Assembly (NCBI GenBank): GCA_965228735.1
Contig: OZ245838.1
Coordinates: forward strand, 6,080,001-6,144,000
Reading direction: 5' to 3'
Source: Planctomycetota bacterium
GTDB taxonomy: Bacteria; Planctomycetota; UBA1135; UBA2386
Length of the DNA stretch: 64,000 bases
A model generated the notes under the pieces. That model saw only the letters and a list, made by a program, of their open reading frames with translations. It had not been told where the DNA came from and made no database searches. The translations under genes and the position numbers were made by a program. Each line of letters begins with the position of its first letter. Position 1 is the stretch's first letter. Shown here piece by piece: positions 28,118-37,509 of this stretch.

Positions 28118-29253
28118 CGGGTGGATTCCAGGCGCGGTTCGAACGCCGGCAGCGCGCGTGGCGCTGGACCTGGCTGCTGGACTCGCCGCTCTGCATCGCG
28201 ACGTGGGTCACGATCACGCTCGGGGCCTGGTCGTTGCAGCGCGTCGGGGAGTCGCTCGGTCAGGCGGCCGCACTGCAGCGGGAGGTCGACGCCGAACTCG
28301 CGCGCCTCGCAGCGGACACCGTGCTCATGACGCACAGCGAGGCGGTCTGCGCTCGCGGTGGTGGCGTCGTGAATGCGAGCGTTGGCGAGATCGCGGTCGA
28401 AGCCCGCCGCGTCGGGGACGAGTTCGTGGTCGCGTGCACGTTGCCCGACGGTCGCGTTCACGAGTTCGTCGCGGACCTGCTGCCGGGTGCGGGTCCGGTC
28501 GAGCTCGGCGAGCCGCGGTCCGACGTGGTGCCCGAACTCGATCCGAACGAGATGCTGCGGGCAGCGCGGGCGGACGAGTTGCGGGCGTTCCGCCGCGACG
28601 GCGCGATCGCGCTGATGCACCTCGAGAGCGGCACCGGACTCTGTGACTTCGTGCTCGAGTCCGGCTGCATCTCGCGCTTCAAGACCGAACTCGTCGAGGT
28701 TTCCGGGCACCTCTGGGTCGAACCCGACCCCGAGCCGCTCGTCGTCAGCCTCGTGCGCGACACCACCGTCGTCGTGCGCGGCAACCTCTACCTCGGTCGC
28801 ACGCTGCGCGTCCGTGGTCCGGGTCGCCTCGTGTTCGTCGTCACCGGCAGCGACACCGCGACGCCGTTCGCCGACCGCGACGGCAACGGTCGCCGTTCCG
28901 CCGGGGAACGGTTGCGGGGCGGCGAGGTCGCGAGTGCGCCGGCCGTGCCGCCGGGTCCGATCGAAGGCGGCGGCAACGTCTACTTCGGCGTCACCGCGAC
29001 CGACGAGCCGCTCGAGTGCGACGCCTCGGTCCTGGCGGTCGGCTACGCGCACTGTCGCAGCCCCGAGATCGTCATCGCGGGCGGGCTCGCGACCGCCGCC
29101 GCCGCGGATCCCGTGTGGCTCCGGCCGCCCGGCCGCCTCGCCACGACGGGTGCCCGCCGCTTCCGCCCGACCCGCGAACGCGTCCCCGGCTTCGGCCCGA
29201 TCGGCGCGCCCCGCCCCGGCGTCCTGCGCCCCCGCGAGGCCTCGGATTCATAG
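28114..29253 (+). CDS. Hypothetical protein with an N-terminal TM segment
   Basis: 379 aa, translationally coupled to the upstream gene. Beta-rich C-terminal half with 'VVRGNLYLG' and a DxDGNG motif. Confidence 0.6.
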   Translation: MTGGFQARFERRQRAWRWTWLLDSPLCIATWVTITLGAWSLQRVGESLGQAAALQREVDAELARLAADTVLMTHSEAVCARGGGVVNASVGEIAVEARRVGDEFVVACTLPDGRVHEFVADLLPGAGPVELGEPRSDVVPELDPNEMLRAARADELRAFRRDGAIALMHLESGTGLCDFVLESGCISRFKTELVEVSGHLWVEPDPEPLVVSLVRDTTVVVRGNLYLGRTLRVRGPGRLVFVVTGSDTATPFADRDGNGRRSAGERLRGGEVASAPAVPPGPIEGGGNVYFGVTATDEPLECDASVLAVGYAHCRSPEIVIAGGLATAAAADPVWLRPPGRLATTGARRFRPTRERVPGFGPIGAPRPGVLRPREASDS

Positions 29254-29263
29254 CAACGAGCCC

Positions 29264-29292
29264 TTTACCTGGGCGCGCCCGGTCGCTAACGT
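29264..29292 (+). promoter_or_regulatory. Putative sigma-70 promoter of tRNA-Ala
   Basis: TTTACC (29264-29269), 17-nt spacer, TAACGT (29287-29292). Confidence 0.45.
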
Positions 29293-29307
29293 TCCGCGCC
29301 CACATCC

Positions 29308-29383
29308 GGGGCCGTAGCTCAGTTGGTAGAGCGCTGCGTTCGCAATGCAGAGGTCAGGGGTTCAACTCCCCTCGGCTCCACCA
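29308..29383 (+). tRNA. tRNA-Ala (anticodon CGC)
   Basis: GGGGCCGTAGCTCAGTTGGTAGAGC, anticodon arm CTGCG-TTCGCAA-TGCAG, GGTTCAACTCC, CCA end; 76 nt. Confidence 0.97.
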
Positions 29384-29426
29384 GTTTCCGGGAAGCCGAT
29401 TCCTCGGGAACGAACGTTCCGGGACG

Positions 29427-29996
29427 ATGACGAAGAAGGGGCCGCACCGTCCGGTTCGGACGCGATCCGCTGACTGGCGCGAGCTGGCGAACCCGTGGGC
29501 GCCGTTCGTGTTCGCGCGACTCGTTCCGCATGCCGAGCGGCAGTGCTATCCGCACGTTTGCTATGGCCAGATGCACGTCGACGCCCGGCGGGTCTTCCTC
29601 ATGCGCGGACGCCAGCGCCGGCTCGTCGACGAGCTCGCGGCCGCGGTCGGGCTGCCCGACGACATCGCCGGCAACATCCACGCGATGACGGACCATCTCG
29701 AGGACCTCTACTCCCATCATCCGGCTGCGGAGTTCGTGATCGTGCTGCGGAACGCGGACCTCGTGCAGGATCTCGACTACTGGATCGCGCTGTTCCATCG
29801 CGTTGGTGAGCGGTATGCCGAGTCGATCGACCAGGGCGCGCACTTCGATCGCCCGGCGATGCCGTTCCACGCGGTGCTCGAGTGCGAGTCCGAGGACGGG
29901 CTCGGTCGCGTCAACCGCGAGATCTGGCGCGAGACTGGCGAGTCGACGCCGGTGCCGCAGCTCGGTGCGAGTCCGTTCGTGGAACAGCGGCGGTAA
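29427..29996 (+). CDS. Barstar-like (ribonuclease inhibitor/immunity) protein
   Basis: 'LVDELAAAVGLPDDIAGNIHAMTDHLEDL...FVIVLRNAD' resembles the barstar 'FPxxFGxNWDAxxDxLxDL' pattern, but is divergent. Confidence 0.6.
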   Translation: MTKKGPHRPVRTRSADWRELANPWAPFVFARLVPHAERQCYPHVCYGQMHVDARRVFLMRGRQRRLVDELAAAVGLPDDIAGNIHAMTDHLEDLYSHHPAAEFVIVLRNADLVQDLDYWIALFHRVGERYAESIDQGAHFDRPAMPFHAVLECESEDGLGRVNREIWRETGESTPVPQLGASPFVEQRR

Positions 29997-30042
29997 CGCC
30001 GCCAGCGCATCGACTATCGCCAGGTCGGAGTGTCAGACGCCG

Positions 30043-30157
30043 TGGCGATACCGAACCAGTTTCGAATCCGCCACGGTCGCAGCGACGCTGACCGCTGCGG
30101 ACGGCGGGTTGGCGCGGTCAGGCCGGTGGCGGAGTTGAAGCGGGTTCGGTACCGCCA
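30043..30157. repeat. Palindromic REPIN/MITE-like element, copy 2
   Basis: TGGCGATACCGAACCAGTTTCGAATCCGCCAC (30043-30074) and GTGGCGGAGTTGAAGCGGGTTCGGTACCGCCA (30126-30157). Same arms and same 115-bp length as copy 1. Confidence 0.85.
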
Positions 30158-31107
30158 TCATCGGCGCGGGTGAGCGCGTGCGCGATGCGGAGTTTGATCG
30201 CGACGGCGAGCCAGAGGTTGGCGCAGAGCAGCAGCGTTGCGAACAGCGGGCTGCGGCGGTCGCGGTGGAGCTCGATCACGGCGTCGAGCCAGTTGGAGTC
30301 GTACTCGTAGCCGCCGACCCAGAAGAACTGCACGCTGTAGCTCGTGCCGACCACCACCACGGCGCCGAGCAGCACGAGCTGGGCGAGGACCGGGAGGGCG
30401 AACGCGCGGCAGTGTCGGCGCGCGGTCGTGATCGCCGATGCGAGGGCGCGGCCGAACGGTTCGTCGCTGTGCAGGACGGCGAGTAGCAGGGTCGCGGAGG
30501 CGAGGTTCCAGGCGATCGTGAGGAGCGCGCCGAAGACCATGGCGACCATCATCGCGCGCGGGGCGCCGGCCGCGACGAGGGCGAGACCGGCGAGCAGCAG
30601 GAGGTTCACCCCGTGGCCGATCGCGAGCGCGCCGAGTCCGCGCCAGAACCGATCCCGCACGTCGGTGAGTCCGAGGGTCAGTGCGGTGTCGGCGTCTTCG
30701 CCGGCAGCGAGTCGCAGGATCGCGCGGCTCGTCCAGATCACGGCGATCGCGCTGAGCACGAGGCTGACGAGCAAGGTCAGCGACAGCTGCATCCCGAGGA
30801 TGCCGCAGCCGACGTCCGGTCCGGCATCGAGCAGCGGCAGCGCGTGGCCGCCCACGGCGAGCACCGTGTTCGCCCCGAGCAGCATGCCGATGGGCGCGAG
30901 CGCTGGCAGCGCGTGGCGCAGTGAACGGAGCCGCCCCTCGCGGAACAGCGCCGCGAGTCCGAGGGTCAGCAGCGTCAGGACGATCGCGGCCGAGATGACC
31001 GGCACGGACCGGCCGGTCATGGTCCAATCGGCGTCGGCGACCTCGGAGAAGAGGTGGAGCCCGACGCCGATGATGCCGCACACGGGCGCCCAGCGATTGG
31101 TCTGCAT
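30118..31107 (-). CDS. Hypothetical polytopic membrane protein
   Basis: About 8 hydrophobic helices from MQTNRWAPV. The C-terminus runs into repeat copy 2. Confidence 0.7.
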   Translation of the reverse strand: MQTNRWAPVCGIIGVGLHLFSEVADADWTMTGRSVPVISAAIVLTLLTLGLAALFREGRLRSLRHALPALAPIGMLLGANTVLAVGGHALPLLDAGPDVGCGILGMQLSLTLLVSLVLSAIAVIWTSRAILRLAAGEDADTALTLGLTDVRDRFWRGLGALAIGHGVNLLLLAGLALVAAGAPRAMMVAMVFGALLTIAWNLASATLLLAVLHSDEPFGRALASAITTARRHCRAFALPVLAQLVLLGAVVVVGTSYSVQFFWVGGYEYDSNWLDAVIELHRDRRSPLFATLLLCANLWLAVAIKLRIAHALTRADDGGTEPASTPPPA

Positions 31108-31233
31108 CGTCGCTGAGCCTATCCGAACGAACGCCCGCAAGATTCTGACGGGATTCGTGGTCAACCGGTCCCGGTGGCGCCGCTCGGCCGACGGAGACTC
31201 GTGCGAGGTGCGCCCGGGGCGTAGCGTGACGTG

Positions 31234-32940
31234 ATGCCCGCACCCGTGATTCGCCGGCTCGCGACCGTCGCCGCTGGTCTCGTCACGCTCGGCGTCGCGG
31301 CTGCGCAGGACGGCTCGCCGAGCTGGTTCGAGGTCACGGAGTATCACGCGGTCCAGAACGAGGCGGTCCTGCCGCAGCTCGAGACTCCCCAGTCGACGCT
31401 CGAGTTCTTCTTCGACGCGATCGCCGCGCACGAGTACGAGCGGGCGGCGGCCGCGCTCAACCTGCGCCTGGTCGATGTCGCGGGCGCAGCGGCGGCAGCC
31501 GAGCTGGCGCGGCGGCTCGGCTACGTGATCAACCAGGAGGTCTGGGTCGACTGGGACGCGGTGCCGGATCGACCGGACGGGGTGCGCGAGCCGGGCCTGC
31601 TCGGGGGCGAGGCGGGGGCGGCCACGCAAGCGCGGCGCGGCTTGCGAATCGGCGACGTCGAGATCCAGGGGCGAATCGCCCCGATCAGTCTGCACCGCGT
31701 GAAGGCCGCGGGCCGCCCCGCCATCTGGCTGTTCTCCGCGCACACGGTCGACAACGTCGAACGCATGTGGGCCGTGCACGGGCCGAGTGCACTGGCGCGC
31801 GCGATGCCGGCGTGGGCGCAGGAACGCGGTTTGGGGCAGCTGCTGGTCTGGCAGTGGATCGGGCTCGGCGTCGTGCTCCTGCTGGCCCCGTTGCTCGGGT
31901 TCTTCGTCGCGGGGCGGGTCGTGCGCTTCATCGAGCGCCGGACCGGAGGCGAGTTCTCGGCGATCGTCGCGCGGCTGCGGTGGCCCATCGGTGGGGTCGT
32001 CATGACCGGTGTCCTGTGGGGCGTGATCGACGGCGTGCTCGGACTGCCGAGTCTCGTCGCGGTCGTCGTCGAGCCGCTGGCGCTGATCCTGTTCGTCGCG
32101 GCGTTCGTCTGGTTCGCGATGCGCCTGGTGAGCTTCTTCGTGGACCGCTTCCTGAAGCGCGCGGCCCGCGGTGAATCGGACGAGGACGCCGAGCCCGATC
32201 GGCAGCTCCTCACGCAGCTCACCGTCGCGCGCCACATCCTGTTCCTGGTGCTGGCGCTCGTCGGAGTCGCGGTCGTCCTGCTGCAGCTCAACTCGTTCCG
32301 CGCGGTCGGCGTCACGCTGCTGTCGTCCGCCGGCGCGATGGCCGTGATCCTCGGCATCGCGGGGCACGCGGTGCTCGGGAACCTGATCGCGGGGCTGCAC
32401 ATCGCGTTCGCCCAGCCGTTCCGGATCGGCGACAGCGTGTTCGTCGAGGACAACTGGGGCCGGATCGAGGACGTCAGCTACGTCGACGTCGTGGTGCGGA
32501 CGTGGGACGAGCGTCGCCTCGTGTTCCCGATCCGCTACTTCGTCGACCGCTGGTTCGAGAACTGGTCCAAGACGGACGAGTATCTGAAGAAGCCGATCTA
32601 CCTGCACGTCGACTACCGGGCCGACGTCGAGCGGATCCGTGAGCGGTTCGAGGAGATCGTCCGGGCCGACCCCGACTGGCACGGGGAACGCGACGACCCC
32701 GAGGTGCTGGTCGTGGACCTGGGCGAGGAAGCGATGAAGTTGCGCCTCACGTGCGCCGCGAAGGACCCGAGCGCGGCCTGGGCCCTCGTGAACCGGGTCC
32801 GCGAGCAACTCGTCCGCTGGCTTCAGGCCGAGGCCGATGGCGCGTGGCTGCCCCGGCGCCGGGTGCTCGTCAGCAATCGTGGGGCGGCCGGCGACCGCGC
32901 AGCCGCCGATCGGGCGGCCGACGAGTCGTCGGCTGGGTAG
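31234..32940 (+). CDS. MscS family mechanosensitive channel with a periplasmic N-terminal domain
   Basis: Signal peptide, multiple TMs, 'LGNLIAGLHIAFAQPFRIGD...GRIEDV...RTWDERRLVFP...FENWS'. Confidence 0.9.
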   Translation: MPAPVIRRLATVAAGLVTLGVAAAQDGSPSWFEVTEYHAVQNEAVLPQLETPQSTLEFFFDAIAAHEYERAAAALNLRLVDVAGAAAAAELARRLGYVINQEVWVDWDAVPDRPDGVREPGLLGGEAGAATQARRGLRIGDVEIQGRIAPISLHRVKAAGRPAIWLFSAHTVDNVERMWAVHGPSALARAMPAWAQERGLGQLLVWQWIGLGVVLLLAPLLGFFVAGRVVRFIERRTGGEFSAIVARLRWPIGGVVMTGVLWGVIDGVLGLPSLVAVVVEPLALILFVAAFVWFAMRLVSFFVDRFLKRAARGESDEDAEPDRQLLTQLTVARHILFLVLALVGVAVVLLQLNSFRAVGVTLLSSAGAMAVILGIAGHAVLGNLIAGLHIAFAQPFRIGDSVFVEDNWGRIEDVSYVDVVVRTWDERRLVFPIRYFVDRWFENWSKTDEYLKKPIYLHVDYRADVERIRERFEEIVRADPDWHGERDDPEVLVVDLGEEAMKLRLTCAAKDPSAAWALVNRVREQLVRWLQAEADGAWLPRRRVLVSNRGAAGDRAAADRAADESSAG

Positions 32941-33060
32941 GTTCGGGGAATCCGGGGAGCCGAATCGCCGGCGGCCGGCTCGGCCCGTCCCCGGGGCCCT
33001 CGGGTTTGCCCGCCATCGGCATTGGCTCGTGCCGGGCACCGGCTTAAGCTGGTTGCCCCC

Positions 33061-34245
33061 ATGGGTCGCCCAGTCATCGTTTCTGCGTGCCGTTCCGCGA
33101 TCGGCAAGTTCCAGGGAGCGCTGTCCTCCTTCACCGCGCCGCAGCTCGGCGGGTTTGCCGTCAAGGAGGCGCTCGCCCGCGCGCAAGTGCCTGCGGACGC
33201 CGTGGAAGAGGTCCTCATGGGGAACGTGCTGCAGGCCGGCCTCGGGCAGAACCCGGCGCGCCAGAGCCAGCGCGCGGCCGGCATCCCGGACGCCGCCGCG
33301 GCGGTCACGATCAACAAGGTCTGCGGCTCCGGTCTCAAGACCGTGATGCTCGCGGCGCAGGCGATCAAGGCCGGCGATCTGAAGGTCGCGGTCGCGGGCG
33401 GCATGGAGTCGATGACCAACACGCCGTACTACCTGCCGGCCGCTCGCCAGGGCGCGCGCCTCGGTCACACGCAGGCGCTCGACGGGATCATCCAGGACGG
33501 CCTGTGGGACCACTACAACGACTTCCACATGGGCAACACGGGCGAGCTCGTGGCCGAGAAGTACGAGGTCTCGCGGCAAGCCCAGGACGCGTATGCCGCG
33601 GAGAGCCACCGGCGCGCAGTCGCGGCGCAGGAGAGCGGCGCGTTCGACGCCGAGATCTTCGCGATCGAGGTGCCGCAGCGGAAGAAGGACCCGATCACGT
33701 TCGACAAGGACGAAGGCCCCCGCAAGGACAGCACGGTCGAGGCGCTCGCCAAGCTGCGTCCCGCGTTCAAGCGTGACGGCGGCACGGTGACGGCGGGCAA
33801 CGCGAGCTCGATCAACGACGGTGCGGCGGCGCTCGTCGTCTGCGACGAGGACTGGGCCAAGGCCAACGGCCTGCGGCCGCTCGCCGCGATCACGGCCTAC
33901 GCGACGGGCGGCATGGCGCCGGAGTGGGTCATGATGGCGCCCGAGGTCGCGACGAAGAAATTGTGCGCCTTGCAGGGCGTGCAGCCGACCGACTTCGAAA
34001 TCGTCGAGATGAACGAGGCGTTCTCCGTGCAGATGGTGGCGCTGCAGCGGCAACTCGAGATCGACCCGGAGCGGTGGAACGTCCACGGCGGCGCCGTGGC
34101 GCTCGGCCACCCGATCGGCTGCTCGGGCGCGCGCGTGCTCGTCACCCTGCTGCACGCGTTGCAGCGCCACGACAAGACCCTCGGCCTCGCCGGTCTCTGC
34201 CTCGGCGGCGGCAACGCCGTGACGCTGAGCGTCGAACGCCTGTAG
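33061..34245 (+). CDS. Acetyl-CoA C-acetyltransferase (thiolase)
   Basis: GQNPARQ, NKVCGSG (Cys), [25 protein letters not shown]. Confidence 0.96.
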   Translation: MGRPVIVSACRSAIGKFQGALSSFTAPQLGGFAVKEALARAQVPADAVEEVLMGNVLQAGLGQNPARQSQRAAGIPDAAAAVTINKVCGSGLKTVMLAAQAIKAGDLKVAVAGGMESMTNTPYYLPAARQGARLGHTQALDGIIQDGLWDHYNDFHMGNTGELVAEKYEVSRQAQDAYAAESHRRAVAAQESGAFDAEIFAIEVPQRKKDPITFDKDEGPRKDSTVEALAKLRPAFKRDGGTVTAGNASSINDGAAALVVCDEDWAKANGLRPLAAITAYATGGMAPEWVMMAPEVATKKLCALQGVQPTDFEIVEMNEAFSVQMVALQRQLEIDPERWNVHGGAVALGHPIGCSGARVLVTLLHALQRHDKTLGLAGLCLGGGNAVTLSVERL

Positions 34246-34283
34246 CTCCGCGGTAGACCAGAGACACCCTTCAGACGACCCCA

Positions 34284-35153
34284 ATGACGGACCAGCAACT
34301 TCCCGCTTCGGTCGCCGTGATCGGCGCCGGCACGATGGGCAACGGCATCGCCCAGGTATTCGCCAGCAGCGGTGTGTCGACGTTCATGGTCGACCTCGAC
34401 CAGGCGGCGCTCGACCGCGGCACGGCGACGATCCACAAGAGCCTCGGCAAGTTCGCGAGCAAGGGCAAGATCACCGAGGAGCAGGCCGAGGCCGCCAAGG
34501 GTCGCCTGACTGCGACGACCGACATGGACGCGCTGTCCGGTGTCGATCTCTGCATCGAGGCGGTGACGGAGAACATCGACGTCAAGACGAAGGTGTTCCA
34601 GGCCGCGGACAGCAAGCTCGGCGATGGCGCCGTGCTCGCGAGCAACACGTCGTCGATCTCGATCACGGTGCTCGCGGCGAAGACGCAGCGCGCCGACCGC
34701 GTCATCGGGATGCACTTCATGAACCCGGTGCCGCTGATGAAGCTCGTCGAGGTCATCCGCGGCAACGACACGAGCGATCAGACGGCGACCTCGGTCGAGA
34801 ACTGGTCCAAGGCGCTCTCCAAGATCCCGGTGATCGCCAACGACTACCCGGGCTTCGTCGCCAACCGCATCCTCATGCCGATGATCAACGAAGCGGCCTT
34901 CGCCCTGATGGAGGGCGTCGCGACGCGGGAGGCGATCGACGAGATCATGAAGCTCGGCATGAACCACCCGATGGGCCCGCTGACGCTCGCCGACTTCATC
35001 GGCCTCGACGTCTGCGTGTCGATCCTCGACGTGCTCAAGGACGGCCTCGGGGACGACAAGTATCGGGCCTGCCCCTTCATGCGCCGCCTCGTCGCGGCGG
35101 GTCACCTCGGCCGCAAGACGGGTCGAGGCTTCTACGACTACAGCGAGCAGTGA
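34284..35153 (+). CDS. hbd: 3-hydroxybutyryl-CoA dehydrogenase
   Basis: VIGAGTMGNGIA, ASNTSS, GMHFMNP, HPMGPLTLADFIGLD, GRKTGRGFYDY. Confidence 0.93.
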   Translation: MTDQQLPASVAVIGAGTMGNGIAQVFASSGVSTFMVDLDQAALDRGTATIHKSLGKFASKGKITEEQAEAAKGRLTATTDMDALSGVDLCIEAVTENIDVKTKVFQAADSKLGDGAVLASNTSSISITVLAAKTQRADRVIGMHFMNPVPLMKLVEVIRGNDTSDQTATSVENWSKALSKIPVIANDYPGFVANRILMPMINEAAFALMEGVATREAIDEIMKLGMNHPMGPLTLADFIGLDVCVSILDVLKDGLGDDKYRACPFMRRLVAAGHLGRKTGRGFYDYSEQ

Positions 35154-35181
35154 GCCGCATCAGCAAACCCGCACGACCGCG

Positions 35182-36345
35182 ATGACGACCACCACCGAGA
35201 CCCTCCAGGTCCCCGACTTCCAGCTGTCACCCGAACTCGAGCAGTTCCGCGCGAGCATTCGCGAGTACGCGGACCAGCATCTCGGCCGCGCGCGCGAGTA
35301 CGATGCCAACGTCGAGTTCCCGGCCGACGCGGTGAAGGTCGCCGCCGAGCGCGGGCTGCTCTGCACGACCGTCGCGAAGGACTACGGCGGTTCGGCGATG
35401 GGCAACGTCGCGAGTTGTGTGATGCTCGAGGAGATCAACAAGCGCTGCGCGTCGACGGGTGTCACGATCAGCGTGCACAACTCGCTCGTGAATTCCCTGC
35501 TCGGCAACTGGTGCAGCGACGAGCAGAAGCGCCGGTGGTTCCCCAAGCTCGTGACGGGCGAGTGGCTCGGCGCCTACTGCCTCAGCGAGGCCTACTCGGG
35601 TTCGGACGCCGCGGCGCTGCGGTGCGAGGCCAAGAAGGACGGCGACCACTACGTGCTGAACGGCGCCAAGCTGTGGATCACGACCGGCAGCGAGGCCGAC
35701 CTCTTCGTGGTGTTCGCGCGCACGGGCGAGGACCGCGTGAAGGGCATCTCGGCGTTCGTCGTCGAGAAGAGCTGGGACGGCGTCGGCGTCGGCAAGAAGG
35801 AGCGCAAGCTCGGCCTGCGCGGTTCGCCGACGACCGAGATCGTGCTCGAGAACGTGAAGGTGCCGGCCGACTGCCTCATCGCCGAAGAGGGGCAGGGCTT
35901 CACGATCGCGCTCGACACGCTCGACGGTGGTCGCCTCGGCATCGCGTCGCAGTCGCTCGGGATCGCGGCGGCGTCGATCGAGCTGATCCGGGATCAACTC
36001 GCGAGCCAGGTCGACCACAAGGGGCGGCCGACGGCGTCACAGGCGGACCAGTGGACGTTGGCCGACCTCGCGTCGGACCTCGACGCGTATCGCTTCCTGA
36101 CGTGGCGCGCGGCGGTGCTGCGTGACCGCGGCGTGCGTTGCAGCGTCGAGGCCGCGATGGCCAAGAACACGACGTCTCGCCTCGCCAACCGGGCGGCGCG
36201 TGCGGCCGTGTCGATCCTCGGTCAGCGGGGCGCGAGCGGGGCGACGGTTGCCGAGCGGCTGCTGCGCGACGCGCGCATCTGCGAGATCTACGAAGGCGCG
36301 ACCGACATCCAGCGCCTCGTCATCGCCCGCGGGTTGATGGGCTGA
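35182..36345 (+). CDS. Acyl-CoA dehydrogenase, catalytic-type subunit
   Basis: YCLSEAYSGSD, NGAKLWIT, KLGLRGSPT and EIYEGATDIQR are present. RxQFG and QxHGGxG are absent. Confidence 0.9.
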   Translation: MTTTTETLQVPDFQLSPELEQFRASIREYADQHLGRAREYDANVEFPADAVKVAAERGLLCTTVAKDYGGSAMGNVASCVMLEEINKRCASTGVTISVHNSLVNSLLGNWCSDEQKRRWFPKLVTGEWLGAYCLSEAYSGSDAAALRCEAKKDGDHYVLNGAKLWITTGSEADLFVVFARTGEDRVKGISAFVVEKSWDGVGVGKKERKLGLRGSPTTEIVLENVKVPADCLIAEEGQGFTIALDTLDGGRLGIASQSLGIAAASIELIRDQLASQVDHKGRPTASQADQWTLADLASDLDAYRFLTWRAAVLRDRGVRCSVEAAMAKNTTSRLANRAARAAVSILGQRGASGATVAERLLRDARICEIYEGATDIQRLVIARGLMG

Positions 36346-37490
36346 TGAGCGGTTCCGACCTTCCGCCGCCCGATTCGGGTACCGGCAACGCCGGTTCTGC
36401 TGGCAGCCCGACACCACCGCCCGGCGTGCCGATCGGGAAGCCGCTCGCCGCACCCGAGTCCGCGCGTGAATCGCGCGGGGTCGCGTTCTTCGTCGCGATC
36501 TTCCTCGGCATCCTGTTGATCGCGTCGCTCGGGGTGAACGTGCTGCTGCTGTTGCTCAGCGTCGGCAGCTTCGCCGGCTCGGGGCTCGCCGCGCCCGGGC
36601 TGTTCGAGGAGGTCCACGTCGCGGGCGAGCGTTCGGCCCGCAACAAGATCGTGCAGATCCCGATCCATGGTGCGATCGCCGAGGCCGCCAACCCGGTGCT
36701 CGGGTCGCGTGGCGGGATCGTCTCGACGACCGAGTACTTGCTGCAGCGCGCGGGCGAGAACCCGGACGTGCGCGGCATCATCCTCGACATCAACTCGCCG
36801 GGTGGCGGCGTCACGGACTCCGACGAGATCTACCTGGCCGTGCGGCGGTTCCGGCGCGACCACCCGGACAAGCGCGTGCTCGCGATGTTCGGTGACATGG
36901 CCGCGTCGGGTGGTTACTACGTCGCCGCGGCGGCCGAACGCATCGTCGCGCGCCCGACGACCATTACGGGCAGCATCGGCGTGATCATGTCGAACTACAA
37001 CTTTGCGGAAGCCGCGAAGAAGGTGGGCATCGACCAGGTCACGATCAAGTCGGACCGCACGCCCTACAAGGACATCCTGTCGCCGATGCGCGCGATGACC
37101 GACGAGGAGCGCGCGATGTTGACGAGCATCGTCGACGAGCTGTTCGATCGCTTCGTCGACGTCGTCGACGAGGGGCGCGACAACCTCGATCGGGCCGACG
37201 TGCTCGCGGCGGCGACGGGTGCGATCTACTCGGCGAACCAGGCGTACGACCGCGGCCTCGTCGACGAGATCGGCGACAGCGAGACCGTCCTCGCGTGGTT
37301 CGATGATCAGATCGAGGGCGGCATCGAGGTCGTCGAGCTGCGGCGGCAGCCCTCGCTCACCGACCTCCTGCTCGGCGCCGCGACCGCGGCGGATGCCGCC
37401 TCGGTGACCGACCTCGACGCAGCCGCGGGCCGGTTGCTCACCGGGCTCACGGGTCCGCGCTTCCTCTACTACTGGCAGGGTGGCCGCTGA
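36345..37490 (+). CDS. sppA: Signal peptide peptidase SppA (S49)
   Basis: TM anchor, INSPGG, AASGGYY, TGSIGV, YKD. TGATG overlap with the upstream ACAD. Confidence 0.92.
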   Translation: MSGSDLPPPDSGTGNAGSAGSPTPPPGVPIGKPLAAPESARESRGVAFFVAIFLGILLIASLGVNVLLLLLSVGSFAGSGLAAPGLFEEVHVAGERSARNKIVQIPIHGAIAEAANPVLGSRGGIVSTTEYLLQRAGENPDVRGIILDINSPGGGVTDSDEIYLAVRRFRRDHPDKRVLAMFGDMAASGGYYVAAAAERIVARPTTITGSIGVIMSNYNFAEAAKKVGIDQVTIKSDRTPYKDILSPMRAMTDEERAMLTSIVDELFDRFVDVVDEGRDNLDRADVLAAATGAIYSANQAYDRGLVDEIGDSETVLAWFDDQIEGGIEVVELRRQPSLTDLLLGAATAADAASVTDLDAAAGRLLTGLTGPRFLYYWQGGR

Positions 37491-37509
37491 TGGCGGCCCG
37501 ACGATTCCA

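Noticed and set aside
12558..29383. tRNA-anchored genomic island or prophage
   Set aside because: No integrase, no duplicated tRNA 3' end was noticed, and the intervening genes are housekeeping.
31108..34284. N-terminal ~1060 aa of the 1388-aa minus-strand ORF
   Set aside because: Antisense to the MscS and thiolase genes. Only the part from ATG 31107 looks like a real membrane protein.
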